A stretch of 64,000 nt of DNA, taken from the NCBI GenBank assembly GCA_964016885.1, contig OZ024748.1:18104001-18168000 (forward strand). The letters run 5' to 3'. The notes below the pieces were generated by a model. The model was not told the origin of the DNA. It worked only from the letters and a program-made list of their open reading frames with translations, and did no database searches. This document shows, one piece after another, positions 1-14,070 of this stretch. Every line of letters starts with the position of its first letter. Position 1 is the stretch's first letter. Source of the stretch: Eledone cirrhosa. Taxonomy: Eukaryota. The translations under genes and the position numbers were made by a program.

Positions 1-222
1 TACTCAGCTGTAGAAATGAGATGATAGGGACTGGGGTCCCTATTATTCCACTACAAAGTGGTCGTGGAGGTGCCACGGCAAAAAAGCACCCAGCACTCAC
101 TGTAAATGAGGTTGGTGTTAGGAAGGGCATCCAGCTGTAGAAATCAAGCCAGAATCAGTTCCCGTCCCACCCTTGCAAGCAGGGAAAAGCGGGCGTGAAA
201 TGAAATGATGATGAATGATGAT
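1..222 (+). mobile_element. 3' part of a CORE-type SINE with an RTE-like tail (cut by window edge)
   Basis: Near-identical to 30128-30350; ends CCCACCCTTGCAAGCAGGGAAAAGCGG...(ATG)n. Confidence 0.85.
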
Positions 223-327
223 ACAGGTTGTCCCAAAAACATGTATACACACTTCAACAGCATTCTAATAAATATTGCCTGTACAGGTAATCAAAGTATG
301 TATACATTTTTGGGGGACACCCTGTAT
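222..327. mobile_element. ~105 bp Tc1/mariner-type MITE (related copies ~8893-8953, ~25400-25475, ~52050-52131)
   Basis: Terminal inverted repeats TACAGG(G/T)TGTCCCAAAAA...TTTTTGGGGGACACCCTGTA with TA ends; the internal TGTATACA...TTCAACAGCATTCTAATAAA core recurs in the other copies. Confidence 0.75.
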
Positions 328-515
328 ATACATATATAACAGTAACCTATATTGGGTTAAGTAACGATACTGCTCGAGAAATGTGTTTTTATTGGCTGTT
401 AGAGTCAGTCGGGCATCAAGTATCTCACAGTCTATTGGTCTAGCGAGTCATTGATTAAAACAACTAATTAGTAGAGATTGGAAAAACAAACCAACCAATT
501 AATTATACTTCAACA

Positions 516-564
<49 letters not shown>

Positions 565-874
565 CTGTCTGTGTCTGTGTGTGTGTGTTATATATATTTA
601 TATATACATATAAATATATATATATGTGTATATATATGTATATACACACACACATGTATGTGTATATATATATATATAAATACAAACATACATGTATGTG
701 TATATGTATGTCTAGTGATGTGGACTGGTATTAAATAAATAAACAAATATATATATTTATTTTATCAGATATTTTTCATTAGTATTAGTAAATATAAGAG
801 TGAGGAGATCAAATGAGATGTTGGTACTTCAAATAGATGGAATCTTAACTGCACTGTCTGCTAGGGTTAATGAA

Positions 875-1768
875 GTACCACACCACACTACTACACATAC
901 CACACCACATCATACCACACACTACACCACATACTACACCATACCACACCACACTACCACATACCACACCATACCATATCACATACCACACCATACACCA
1001 CACCATATCACACACCACACCACAACATACACCATACCACCACACATACAACACCACATACTACAGCACACACCATACCACATATCACACCATATCACAT
1101 ACCACAACATACCACATACCATACCACATACCACATATCATAACATACCATACCACATACAACATACCACAACATACCACACACCATACCACACCATACC
1201 ATACCACATACCACACCATACCATCCCACATACCACACCATACACCATAACACACCATACCACACCATACCATACACCATACTACACCATACCACATACC
1301 ACACCATACCATACCACATACCACATACCACACCATACCATACACCATACCACACCATACCACACGCCATACCACACACCACACCATACCACATACCACA
1401 CCACATCATACCACATACCACACCATACCACATACCACACCATACCATACACCATACCACACCATACACCACACCATGCCACATACCATACCATACCACA
1501 TACCACCATACCACATACCACACCATACCATACCACATACCACACCATACCACATACCACACCATACCATACACCATACCACACCATACACCACACCATA
1601 CCACATACCATACCATACCACATACCACACCACACCATACCACATACCACACCATACCATACACCATACCACACCATACCACACCATACCATACACCATA
1701 CTACAGACCATACCACACCATATTACACCACATACCACACCACACCACACCATACCACACCACACACC
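875..1768. repeat. Degenerate pentamer (ACCAT/ACCAC) simple-repeat tract
   Basis: Continuous CATAC/CACAC units; overlapping H/T/P/Y-rich ORFs in several frames are artefacts. Confidence 0.95.
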
Positions 1769-3334
1769 CTTGATATAGTATAGTAGTCAGTTGTACAACA
1801 ACAGTAACAGCAACATTGATAATATTCATATTGTTATTGTTGTTGTTGTTAGTGGTGGTGGTGGTGGAGATGGTTGTGGTAGTGTTGGTGGTAGTGGTGA
1901 TGGTGGTAGTGGTGATGGTAGTGCTACTAGTGATGGTGGTGAAGGTGGTGGTAGTGATGGTGTTGGTGGTGGTAGTGTTGGTGGTGGGGACGACAACAAC
2001 AACAACAACAACAGCAGCAGCAGCAGCCATATAGCAAGTAAAAGAAAATCTAGAACTTATAACTGTAGCATCAATATCATCTACAACAACAACAACAACA
2101 GTTTTAGTAGTGATGACAACAACAAAGAAACGCCATAACAACGAAAACAACATCAACAATAACAACAACAATAATAATATCAAAAACAACAAGAAACACC
2201 ACAACAACGAAAACAACAACAACAATAACAACAAAAATGAATAAAAGAATATATATATATATTCTTTTATTCATTTTTATTGTTATTGATATATATATAT
2301 ATATAAATAAAGATTGGAAAGAAATTATTTGAAACTGTAAATGAATATGAAAAGTAACGTCTGAAAGTTGAAATAGATATTGACAGACGTACGGACTGTA
2401 GAATATGGAATCACCATAAATTGGTTGTGATAAGCATATGAGTGCATGAGTTTGTAAAGTCTGATCCTGACTTTCGTAAACTGTCATAAGCTTCACTATT
2501 TCCTATCAATGCTGATCAATTTTTCTGTGTACAAAGTACTTACTTACGACTGACGAGCTGACAAGTAAAATGTTTCAGTATGTTAGTATGTTTGGTATGT
2601 TTGGTATGGTATGAAGATGAAGAGAAAAGGTAGTAGAAGGGGGAGGGAAGAGAAAATAATGCCTGACGAGGCAATGCAATGCAATGCAAGGAGGTGTAGA
2701 AGAGAAAAGATGGAGGTGAAATAGCTATAGAGAATATATAGACTAAAATGGAGCGGACGTCTTCTTCAGCTTTACTCTGGCAATAAACTATAAGTAAATG
2801 GTTGAAAGTTAAAGATTACTTCTTATATGAAAATGCAAATAGGTTTCTGAGATAACATTTCTGAAAAAAAAAATATAAATTTTTCAATGAATTCCTTGAA
2901 GGAAGTGTAGATAGATAACCATGAAAATGTTCAGCCATTTTTTTTTAACCTTTTGCGTCCATTTTCCTGAAATGTTTTTCTCCCGCAATATAATATCTAA
3001 GTAAATGTTTGAAAGTTGAAAGTTTGACATATGACTTATGATAAGACAATAGAATACAAGTTTATAAGTTAGTTTTATAGAAATTTTTCTATCAAATCAT
3101 TTCAAGAAACAATATAGAAATATACTAGAGATAAAAATGTCAGACAGTTTGATTCTGTCTCTAACAATAAACCGGAAGTAAATAGTTGAAAATTAAAGAT
3201 TATTTCTTATATGAAGGTGGCAATATGTTTCTGATATCACTTCTCTGAAATTTAGCAGCACATATTTTTGGAAAGAGTAATTCATTTATTAAGGTTTGAG
3301 GTTGTATATATGTATGTTATATATGTATGTGTAT

Positions 3335-3650
3335 GTGGCTTTGTGGTTAGGGAACTCAGCTCATGATCGTAAGATTGTGAGTTCGATTCGTAATGGTTCA
3401 CTGTGACCTTGAGCAAGACACTTTATTTCACATTGCTCTAGTTCACTCAGCTGGCAAATTGGGTTGTGCCTGTAATTTGAAGGGCCTGCCTTGTCATATT
3501 CTGTGTCACGCCGAATCTCCCTGATAACTACGTTAAGGGTATGCATGTTTGTGGAATACTCAACCACTTTACGTTACTTTCACGAGCAGGCTGTTCCGTT
3601 GATTGAATCAACTGGAACACTCGTTGTCGTAACCGACAGAGAACCTTCCA
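3335..3650 (+). mobile_element. tRNA-derived CORE-type SINE
   Basis: A-box-like TGGCTTTGTGG, B-box-like GAGTTCGATTCG, then TGTGACCTTGAGCAAGACACTT (CORE-like); related bodies on the minus strand at ~23990-24298, ~38700-39050 and ~46790-47075. Confidence 0.8.
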
Positions 3651-3654
3651 TGAG

Positions 3655-4954
3655 ATATGTATGTATGTAAGTATGTATGTTATATATATGTGTGTGTGTG
3701 CATGTATGTATGTAAGTATGTATGTTATATATATATGTGTGCATGTATGTATGTAAGTATGTATGTTATATATATATATGTGTGTGTGTGCATGTATGTA
3801 TGTAAGTATGTATGTTATATATATATGTGTGCATGTATGTATGTAAGTATGTATGTGTGCATGTATGTATGTAAGTATGTATGTTATATATATGTGTGTG
3901 CATGTATGTATGTAAGTATGTATGTTATATATATAGGTATGTGTGTGTGTGCATGTATGTATGTAAGTATGTATGTTATATATATGTGTGTGCCTGTATG
4001 TATGTAAGTATGTATGTTATATATATATATGTATGTGTGCATGTATGTATGTAAGTATGTATGTTATATATATGTGTGTGCATGTATGTATGTAAGTATG
4101 TATGTTATATATATAGGTATGTGTGTGTGTGCATGTATGTATGTAAGTATGTATGTTATATATATATGTGTGTGCCTGTATGTATGTAAGTATGTATGTT
4201 ATATATATATATGTGTGTGTGCATGTATGTATGTATGTTATATATATATGTGTGTGTGCATATATGTATGTAAGTATGTATGTTATATATATATCTTTGT
4301 GTGGCATGTATGTATAATAATAATAATGAAATTATTGTGTACAGTGCTCAGGTGCACTACAACTCATCAAAGGTATGTAAGTATGTATGTTATATATATA
4401 TGTGTGTATGTGCATGTATGTAAGTATGTATGTTATATATATATGTATGTGTGTGCATGTATGTATGTAAGTATGTATGTTATATATATATGTATGTGTG
4501 TGCATGTATGTATGTAAGTATGTATGTTATATATATATATGTGTGTGTGTGCATATATGTATGTATGTTATATATATATGTATGTATGTGCATATATGTA
4601 TGTAAGTATGTATGTTATATATATATGTGTGTGTGTGCATGTATGTATGTAAGTATGTAAGTTATATATATATATCTGTGTATGTATGTATGCATGTATA
4701 TTCTTCTGATTTTATAATTTTATAATTTTTTACCAATAGAGAAAGAGTTGCTTTTTAACAAAGACACAAGACTCTTTCATTGGAATGTAGACAACATCAA
4801 CTAGGTAGATATGGAGGTTGTACTTATTGTTACAGAGAGAATGTGAGTCTCAATACTGGTTACAACCAGTAATGTCACAAAGTCCAAACTATCTCCAGTT
4901 AGGTGGAAATTCTTACAAAAACAACAAAAAATATAGACTACACACACACTCACG

Positions 4955-4992
<38 letters not shown>

Positions 4993-5091
4993 AACACACA
5001 CACACTCACGCACATAAATATATATATATATATATACAAACACACGCACACACACTCACGCACATATATATATATACACAAACACACGCAT

Positions 5092-5126
<35 letters not shown>

Positions 5127-5265
5127 CAAACACACGCACACACTCACGCACATATATATATATATATATATACAAACACACGCATACACACACACGCATA
5201 TATATATATATATATATATATATACAAACACACACATATATATGTATATACACAAACACACGCAT

Positions 5266-5310
<45 letters not shown>

Positions 5311-5610
5311 AACACATGCACACACACACTCACGCACATATATATATATATATATACAAACACACACACATATATATATATATGTGGATAATTGTATATA
5401 TGTTAGTGTGTTTGAGTTAATGTGTCTCTGTGTCAGTGTATATATAGACTCTATGTTAACACAATTATGCATGTGTATGTGTACACACGCATGCATACGC
5501 ACACACACAAGCACATAAATATATATACATGTGTATGTAAATCTATATAAACTCATATCTGTGTAGTTATCTAGATATGATATGTATGCATATATATACA
5601 TGTTATCTAG

Positions 5611-5650
<40 letters not shown>

Positions 5651-5686
5651 ATATATATATGTGTGTGTGTGTGCGTTATCTAGATA

Positions 5687-5740
<54 letters not shown>

Positions 5741-6233
5741 TTATATATGTGTGTGTGTGCGTGAGTTATCTAGATATGATATATATATGTATATATATAT
5801 ATATACATATCTTATCCCCTCACCCACACGTCTGTCTTTTAACCATTTATTTCAAGTCTAAAATATATTACAACTTACTTGGTGACAGTCCAAAATATGA
5901 TCAAAGGCCACTTAAAGAATTTTGGCAATCCAGATATCGAAAAAATGGAAAACTGCCATTTTCTATGGGTTCCTGGAAACTTTCATATTTTTTTATATAT
6001 AACTTTCTAGATTCTATTCTTATATAATATATTTTTTCTAATTATTTTGCAATAGGCTATCGATATTTTTTATATTTTTTATATTTTTTATATTTTTTAT
6101 ATTTTTTATATTTTTTATATTTTTTATATTTTTTAATATTTTTTATATTTATTTATTTTTATTTTTTTTAATATATTTCCATTCTTCTGTTGCCTCTCAT
6201 TTTAGATCGAACGTATCTGTGTGTGGATGTATA

Positions 6234-6317
<84 letters not shown>

Positions 6318-6325
6318 TGTATATA

Positions 6326-6391
<66 letters not shown>

Positions 6392-6400
6392 TATACATAT

Positions 6401-6431
<31 letters not shown>

Positions 6432-6485
6432 TATATATATATATGTGTATATATACACATATATATATATACATATATATATATG

Positions 6486-6534
<49 letters not shown>

Positions 6535-6539
6535 GTGTG

Positions 6540-6638
<99 letters not shown>

Positions 6639-6690
6639 CGCTAGTGTTGATGATCATGATATATATCTCATATCTCTCTCTGTCTCTCTC

Positions 6691-6729
<39 letters not shown>

Positions 6730-7009
6730 TGTTGGTGTGATTGTGTGCATGTGTGTGTTGTGCATGTGTGTGTGGACACGTGTGTGTGAAGTGTGTGTTG
6801 CTCTTATTTTTAAATTTCATGGTTCTGCTGTCATAGAGTGACTCAATCACTCAACTGCAATAATATCACTCACAAACTTTATATATATGTATATATATGT
6901 AGTGTACACACACCTATATGTATGTATATGTGTATATATATGTATATGTGCGTGTGTGTCTCACTCTCTCTCTCTCTATATATATATATATACATACACA
7001 CACACAAAC

Positions 7010-7080
<71 letters not shown>

Positions 7081-7149
7081 GTGTACATACATATATACAC
7101 ACACATATATACATGTATATGTATATGTATATATATGTGTGTGTGTGTG

Positions 7150-7201
<52 letters not shown>

Positions 7202-7246
7202 CACACACACAAACAAATTTATATATATATGTGTGTGTGTCTCTCT

Positions 7247-7300
<54 letters not shown>
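3655..7300. repeat. Compound (TA)n/(TG)n/(TATG)n/(GA)n microsatellite field with higher-order units
   Basis: Direct reading; recurring unit GCATGTATGTATGTAAGTATGTATGTTATATA in 3655-4680. Confidence 0.9.
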
Positions 7301-7381
7301 TGTGAAGCCATATTTCTATAAATAAAGTCAAATTTTTTATCTAACTTCAATTACATAACTTCCTTTTATTTTCTTTATTGT

Positions 7382-7427
<46 letters not shown>

Positions 7428-7499
7428 GGTGGTGGTAGCAGCGGCGGTAATGGTAGTAGTAGTGGTGGGAGTAGTAGTAGTAGTAGTAGTAGTAGTAGC

Positions 7500-7556
<57 letters not shown>

Positions 7557-7644
7557 TATAGTAGTATAGTAATAGTAGCAGCAGCAGTGTTCATGTAGTT
7601 CTGGTCATCTTTTTTGTTAACTATGTATTATTATTATTATTATT

Positions 7645-8010
7645 TGGCAGTATCAGTAGAGGGTCGGACGCCATGCTTTCTAGCACAGTTACGTCCCTTT
7701 ACAGTCTGAGTTCAAATCCCGCCGAGGTTAACTTTGCCTTTCATCCTTACGGGGTCGATAAAATAAAGTACCAGTAATACACTGGGGTAATTGCTGGCCT
7801 TGTGCCAAAAGTAGAAACAATTATTATTATTATTATTTGGCAGTATCGGTAGAGCATCAGACGCTATGCTTTGCAGCATAGAGTTGTGGCCCTTTACGTC
7901 TGAGTTAACTTTGCCTTTCATCCTTACTGGGTCGATAAAATAAAGTACCAGTAATACGCTGGGGTAATTTGTTGGCCTTGTGCCAAATGTAGAAACAGTA
8001 TTATTATTGT
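7645..8010 (+). mobile_element. Two tandem copies of tRNA-derived SINE family A
   Basis: TGGCAGTATC(A/G)G A-box, GAGTTCAAATCC B-box, GCCTTTCATCCTTACGGGGTCGATAAAATAAAGTACCAG core, ends AGTAGAAACA(ATT)n. Confidence 0.85.
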
Positions 8011-8850
8011 TATTTATTATCCACATCAATATCATAATAATCATCATCACCAACTCTGTCTTCATTATCATCATCATCATCATCATCTTCATTGTGACCA
8101 TCATCATAATCATCATCACCATCATCATCACTATCACCAGCACCATCATCATCATCATCATATATCATCATCACCATCATAATCATCATCATTATTGTCA
8201 TCATCACCATCAACATCATCACCACCATCATCATCACCACTATCATCACCATCACCATCACCATCATCATCATAAACATCATCACCATCAACATCATCAC
8301 CACCATCATCACCATCACCACTATCATCACCATCATCATCATCATCATCACCATCATCACCATCATCATCATCACCATCATTATCAACATCATCATCATT
8401 ACTACCATCATCATATATCATCAATATCATCATCATCATCACCACCATCATCATTGTCATCATCATCACCACCACCATCATCATCACCATCATTGCCATC
8501 ACCATCGCCATCGCCATCACCATCACCACCATCATCATCATCATATATCATCATCACCATATATCATAATCACCATCACCACCACAATGATCATCATCAT
8601 CACTAACACCATTGTCATCATCACCATCACCATCATCATCAATAGTCTATGTCTGTTTGCATGTGTGATTTAATTTCATATCTCTTTTACGCCACATAAG
8701 ATTGTTAAAATATATCTTAACTATTGGCTCTGTTCCCACAAGATACAGTCTTGTGTGTAGATGTGTTGTTATACATACATACAACATATATAGAGTATAT
8801 ATAGAGAGAGAGTGAGAGATTGAAAGGGAGAGAGAGATACATACATATAG

Positions 8851-8894
<44 letters not shown>

Positions 8895-8947
8895 GGGTGT
8901 CCCAAAAAATGTATACATACTTCAACAGCATTCTAATAAATATTGCC

Positions 8948-8987
<40 letters not shown>

Positions 8988-9695
8988 ACTACAACCACCA
9001 CCACTACCACTGCAAACACCACCAACAACAACACCAATACCACTACCTGAACACCACTACCCTATCACCACCAACACAAACACCACTACCTGAACACCAC
9101 CAACATCACCAACACCACCAATGCCAACACTACCACCAACACCACCGATGCCAACACCACCAATGCCAACACCACCAATGCCAACACCACCAACAACACC
9201 ACCAACACCACCAACAACACCATTCCTTAATGGAAAAAACTCCTCCTATTACCCTAAAGATAAATATGTTCCCTAAAATAAACTCCTGTCCACATCACCT
9301 TTACTCTGCAAAGTTGTGTTGGTATCACAAAATCATCCAGCCCTCACTGTAAAGTGGTCATGTAGGAGTCACCACAAAAAGCACCCAGCACACACTGTAA
9401 ATGTGGTTGGTATAAGGAAGGGAATCCAGCTGTAGAAAGCAAGCCAGAAACAGTCCTAAGACATGGTCACCTGACCCAACTTACCTCTAAATGGGACAAA
9501 CCCGTCTAACCCATGCTAGCATGGAAGATAGACGTTAATCAATGATGATGATGATGATGATGATGAATCATTTATTTTTCTCATTTCACCTCTAAGCTGG
9601 AGGACATCAAACCAGATAGAGACACACACATACATGACATGGAGTTCACTTTATAAACCATCTAGTTTTAGGTTCAATCCCAGGGCTTGGCACCT

Positions 9696-9924
9696 TTAAC
9701 TCTTTAGCATTTACATTACTCTATATATATTATTATATTTTCACGGTAAAGGCTTTACTTCACATAATTATCTCACATAAGATTGAATCTATAAGATTTT
9801 GATATTATTTATTTTGAGAACAATACCTTCATATCAGTATGAGCAGCTGGCTACAGCTGGTTTCAACACAAAGAGGTGAGAGAATTCTGGCCAGATATGG
9901 CCAGTTTAAATGCTAAAGGGTTAA
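9696..9924. mobile_element. piggyBac-type MITE (~220 bp)
   Basis: TTAA-C(T)CTTTAGCATTTA...TAAATGCTAAAGGG-TTAA; same element as 22299-22527 and 54023-54251 but in opposite orientation. Confidence 0.8.
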
Positions 9925-10249
9925 GCAAGCACGTGTCTTCTACTAAGGCCTACAGTTGACCAATGGCATTGTAAATGGAATTTGATAAATGGAAACTGTT
10001 GCAATCCTGCATATATATATATTTCATCATCATCATTTAATGTCCATTTTTCTCCACTAGCATGGGTTCGACAAGTTAGATCAGGTGACCGTGTTACCAA
10101 TATGAAACATGAGCACTTTACAGGGTGATATATATATATATCATCATCATCATCATCATTTTACATCCGCTTTTCCCTGCTTGCAAGTATGTGTGTGTGT
10201 GTGTGTGTATATATAGAGAGAGCAAGATATAGATAGGTAGATAGATCAA

Positions 10250-10282
<33 letters not shown>

Positions 10283-11621
10283 CTCTCTCTCTCTCTCATA
10301 ATGATTCATTCATTTTTTATATTGTTCTTTGTGTGTTTTCTTTTGGTTTTGATTGTTTTTCATTTTGTTCTTAAAGAAGAAAATTCTCTCCACACCACCA
10401 CAACATCACCACCCCACCACACCACCCCCACCACACCACCTTCCAACCACCCTCACCATACGACCACGGCATCACCACCCTACCATCCAACAACCACCAT
10501 CCCACCACATCACCCCACCACAACCGCACACCCACATCACCACACCACCACTACCACATCACCACACCACTACACCACCATACCACCACTACACCATACC
10601 ACCACACCACCACTACACCACCACCACACCACCACCATCCAACCACACCACCACCACATCACCATTATCCTATCACTACATCCCCACCACCATCACCACT
10701 ACACCCCCACCATCACTACCATTACCATTCCCTCTAAGCTATAATTCAAAGTTATTCCTCATAAGAATTCTTATTGGAAAACTATATTGGAAATAATCTA
10801 TTAGTAAGTTCTATATGTGCTATTGATTAAGGTAGAATTTGGTTGGCATCAGTTGTGTCTAATGGGAAGTCAAGATGGCTTCATGAGAATGGTGCTATGG
10901 CACCAATAAAAGACATGACTCCCTTCATGGACTAATTATTAACTTAATCTTACTGTCTTACTGTGTCTGACCAGCGTAGCCTAGAAGATGGGGTGAGGTG
11001 GGGTGGTGGTGAGGTGATGTGATGGTGATGGTGGGGAGGTGATGTGGGGAGGTGGCGGGGAGATGGGGAGGTGGTGAGGTGATGTGATGGTGATGGTGGG
11101 GAGGTGGTGTGGTGGGAGGTGGTGTGGTGGGGAGGTGGTGTGGTGGGGAGGTGGTGATGTGGGGAGGTGGCGGGGAGATGGGGAGGTGGTGAGGTGATGT
11201 GATGGTGATGGTGGGGAGGTGGTGTGGTGGGAAGATGATGTGGGGAGGTGGTGAGGTGATGTGATGGTGATGGTGGGGAGGTGGTGTGGTGGGGAGGTGG
11301 TGAGGTGATGTGATGGTGATGGTAGGGAGGTGGTGTGGTGGGGAGATGGTGGGGGTGATGTGATGGTGAGGTAGTAGCATGATGACAAGGGGAGGCAGTG
11401 AGTTGGCGAGGTGATGTGATGGTGAGGTGGTGAGATGGTGAAGCAATGTCTGTTGTGAGATAGTGAGGTGGCAGTAAGGCAAGGAGATGGTTGCATGGTT
11501 AGATGATAGCATGGTGTAGTAGTCACTTATAAATGGAGCATGTTCTAAATTTCTAATCAGATTTTTACAACTGTCGGAAAATATCTTAATTTAATTGTCT
11601 CTATTCTAACCACACAGAATG

Positions 11622-12637
11622 GGACAAAATACAATATAGCCAACAGCAGTGACAAAATACAATATAGCCAACAGCAGTGACAAAATACAATATAGCCAAC
11701 AGCAGTGACAAAATACAATACAGTCAACAGCAATGACAAAATACAATACAGTCAACAGCAGTGACAAAATACAATATAGCTAACAGCAGTGACAAAATAC
11801 AATACAGTCAACAGCAATGACAAAATACAATACAGTCAACAGCAGTGACAAAATACAATATAGCTAACAGCAGTGTCAAAATACAATACAGTCAACAGCA
11901 GTGACAAAATACAATACAGTCAACAGCAGTGTCAAAATACAATACAGTCAACAGCAGTGACAAAATCCAATACAGTCAACAGCAGTGTCAAAATACAATA
12001 CAGTCAACAGCAGTGTCAAAATACAATACAGTCAACAGCAGTGACAAAATACAATACAGTCAACAGCAGTGTCAAAATACAATACAGTCAACAGCAGTGT
12101 CAAAATACAATACAGTCAACAGCAGTGACAAAATACAATACAGTCAACAGCAGTGTCAAAATACAATACAGTCAACAGCAGTGTCAAAATACAATACAGT
12201 CAACAGCAGTGACAAAATACAATACAGTCAACAGCAGTGTCAAAATACAATACAGTCAACAGCAGTGTCAAAATACAATACAGTCAACAGCAGTGACAAA
12301 ATACAATACAGTCAACAGCAGTGTCAAAATACAATACAGTCAACAGCAGTGACAAAATACAATACAGTCAAAAGCAGTGTCAAAATACAATACAGTCAAC
12401 AGCAGTGTCAAAATACAATACAGTCAACAGCAGTGTCAAAATACAATACAGTCAACAGCAGTGTCAAAATACAATACAGTGACCAGCAGTGACAAAATAC
12501 AATACAGTCAACAGCAGTGACAAAATACAATACAGTCAACAACAGTGACAAAATACAATATAGCCAACAGCAGTGACAAAATACAATACAGTCAACAGCA
12601 GTGTCAAAATACAATACAGTCAACAGCAGTGACAAAA
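11622..12637. repeat. 28-bp minisatellite, ~36 copies
   Basis: Unit GTG(A/T)CAAAATACAATACAGTCAACAGCA. Confidence 0.95.
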
Positions 12638-12932
12638 TCTCTCACAAATTTCTTCCTTACTGTTAAAATATTCAGCCATTTGCATGTTAACTTCATATGT
12701 AGGCTGTTCTATTGATCAAATGACTGTGGTCACTGGTTGTTGGAACCAACAGATATAGAAAACATGTGACCGTATATAACAAGAACAAGATGGAGGTGAT
12801 GTGGTGAGGTGATTATGTGGGATGGTAGATAGGGCCGTGTAGTCACATATAAAGGTACATTCTGAAGTTTTAGATTAGATATTTATTACTGTTGAGAAAA
12901 TATCTAAATTTCATTGCACCTATCTAACCTCT

Positions 12933-12963
<31 letters not shown>

Positions 12964-13034
12964 TCTTTCAAATGAGTTGGTCTCAGGTTGTTGAAATCAT
13001 TTAAAGAATAAATATATTAATTAATTAAATAAAA

Positions 13035-13676
13035 AGTGTTGGTGCCATGATGAAATTCCCCCAGTTCATATTTAAATTGGTAGTGTTGGTGCCATGTAAA
13101 ATGTACCCAGTCTACACAGTAAAATGGTAGTGTTGGTGCCATAATAAAATGTACCCAGCCTACACTGTAAAGAGGTAGTGTTAGTGCCATAATAAAATGT
13201 ACCCAGCCTACACAGTAAAATGGTAGTGTTGGTGCCATAATAAAATGTACCCAGCCTACACAGTAAGATGGTAGTGTTGGTGCCATAATAAAATGTACCC
13301 TACCTACACTGTAAAGAGGTAGTGTTGGTGCCATAATAAAATGTACCCAGCCTACACTGTAAAGAGGTAGTGTTGGTGCCATAATAAAATGTACCCAGCC
13401 CACACTGTAAAATGGTAGTGTTGGTGCCATGGTAAAATGTACCCAGCCTACACAGTAAAATGGTAGCGTTGGTGCCATGGTAAAATGTACCCAGCCTACA
13501 CAGTAAAATGGTAGCGTTGGTGCCATGGTAAAATGTACCCAGCCTACACAGTAAAATGGTAGCGTTGGTGCCATGGTAAAATGTACCCAGCCTACACAGT
13601 AAAATGGTAGCGTTGGTGCCATGGTAAAATGTACCCAGCCCACACTGTAAATTGGTAGTGTTGGTGCCATGGTAAA
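13035..13676. repeat. 48-bp minisatellite, ~13 copies, inside a SINE
   Basis: Unit GGTAGTGTTGGTGCCATAATAAAATGTACCCAGCCTACACAGTAAAAT; 16-aa period in ORF 13017..13700. Confidence 0.93.
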
Positions 13677-14070
13677 AAAACACTCAGTCCACCTTGTCAT
13701 GTGGTAGTGATGTTACCTCAAGAAAACAAACCCTGTACACACTATGAAGTGGTTGGCCTTAGGAATGGCATCCAGTCATAGAAAGCCTGCCAAAACGGAA
13801 TATATGAAGAAGGCTCAGTTGTCTAACCATACATGTCAGGTCTCAGACCATGACAACCTGTCTAACACATGCAAGCAAGGAAAACACATAAAAAAGTGAT
13901 GATGATGGTGATGGTGATGGTGATGATGAGGAGGAGGCGGCGGTGGAGGAGGAGAAGAAGAAGAAGAGGAGAATGGTGATGGGGATGAGGATGACGGCAA
14001 TGATGATCGTGATGAGGTGGAAATTAAAAATGCTAAATAATTATATGTGTATGTGTGTGTGTGTGTGTGT

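Noticed and set aside
478-9352. Many YI-, CV-, HT- and poly-H ORFs (also 22780-23650 and 32045-33630)
   Set aside because: Translations of simple repeats that lack stop codons.
11622-13676. CRISPR-like periodic arrays (28 and 48 bp; also the 44- and 169-bp arrays)
   Set aside because: Head-to-tail units with no unique spacers, no cas genes, and a eukaryotic context.
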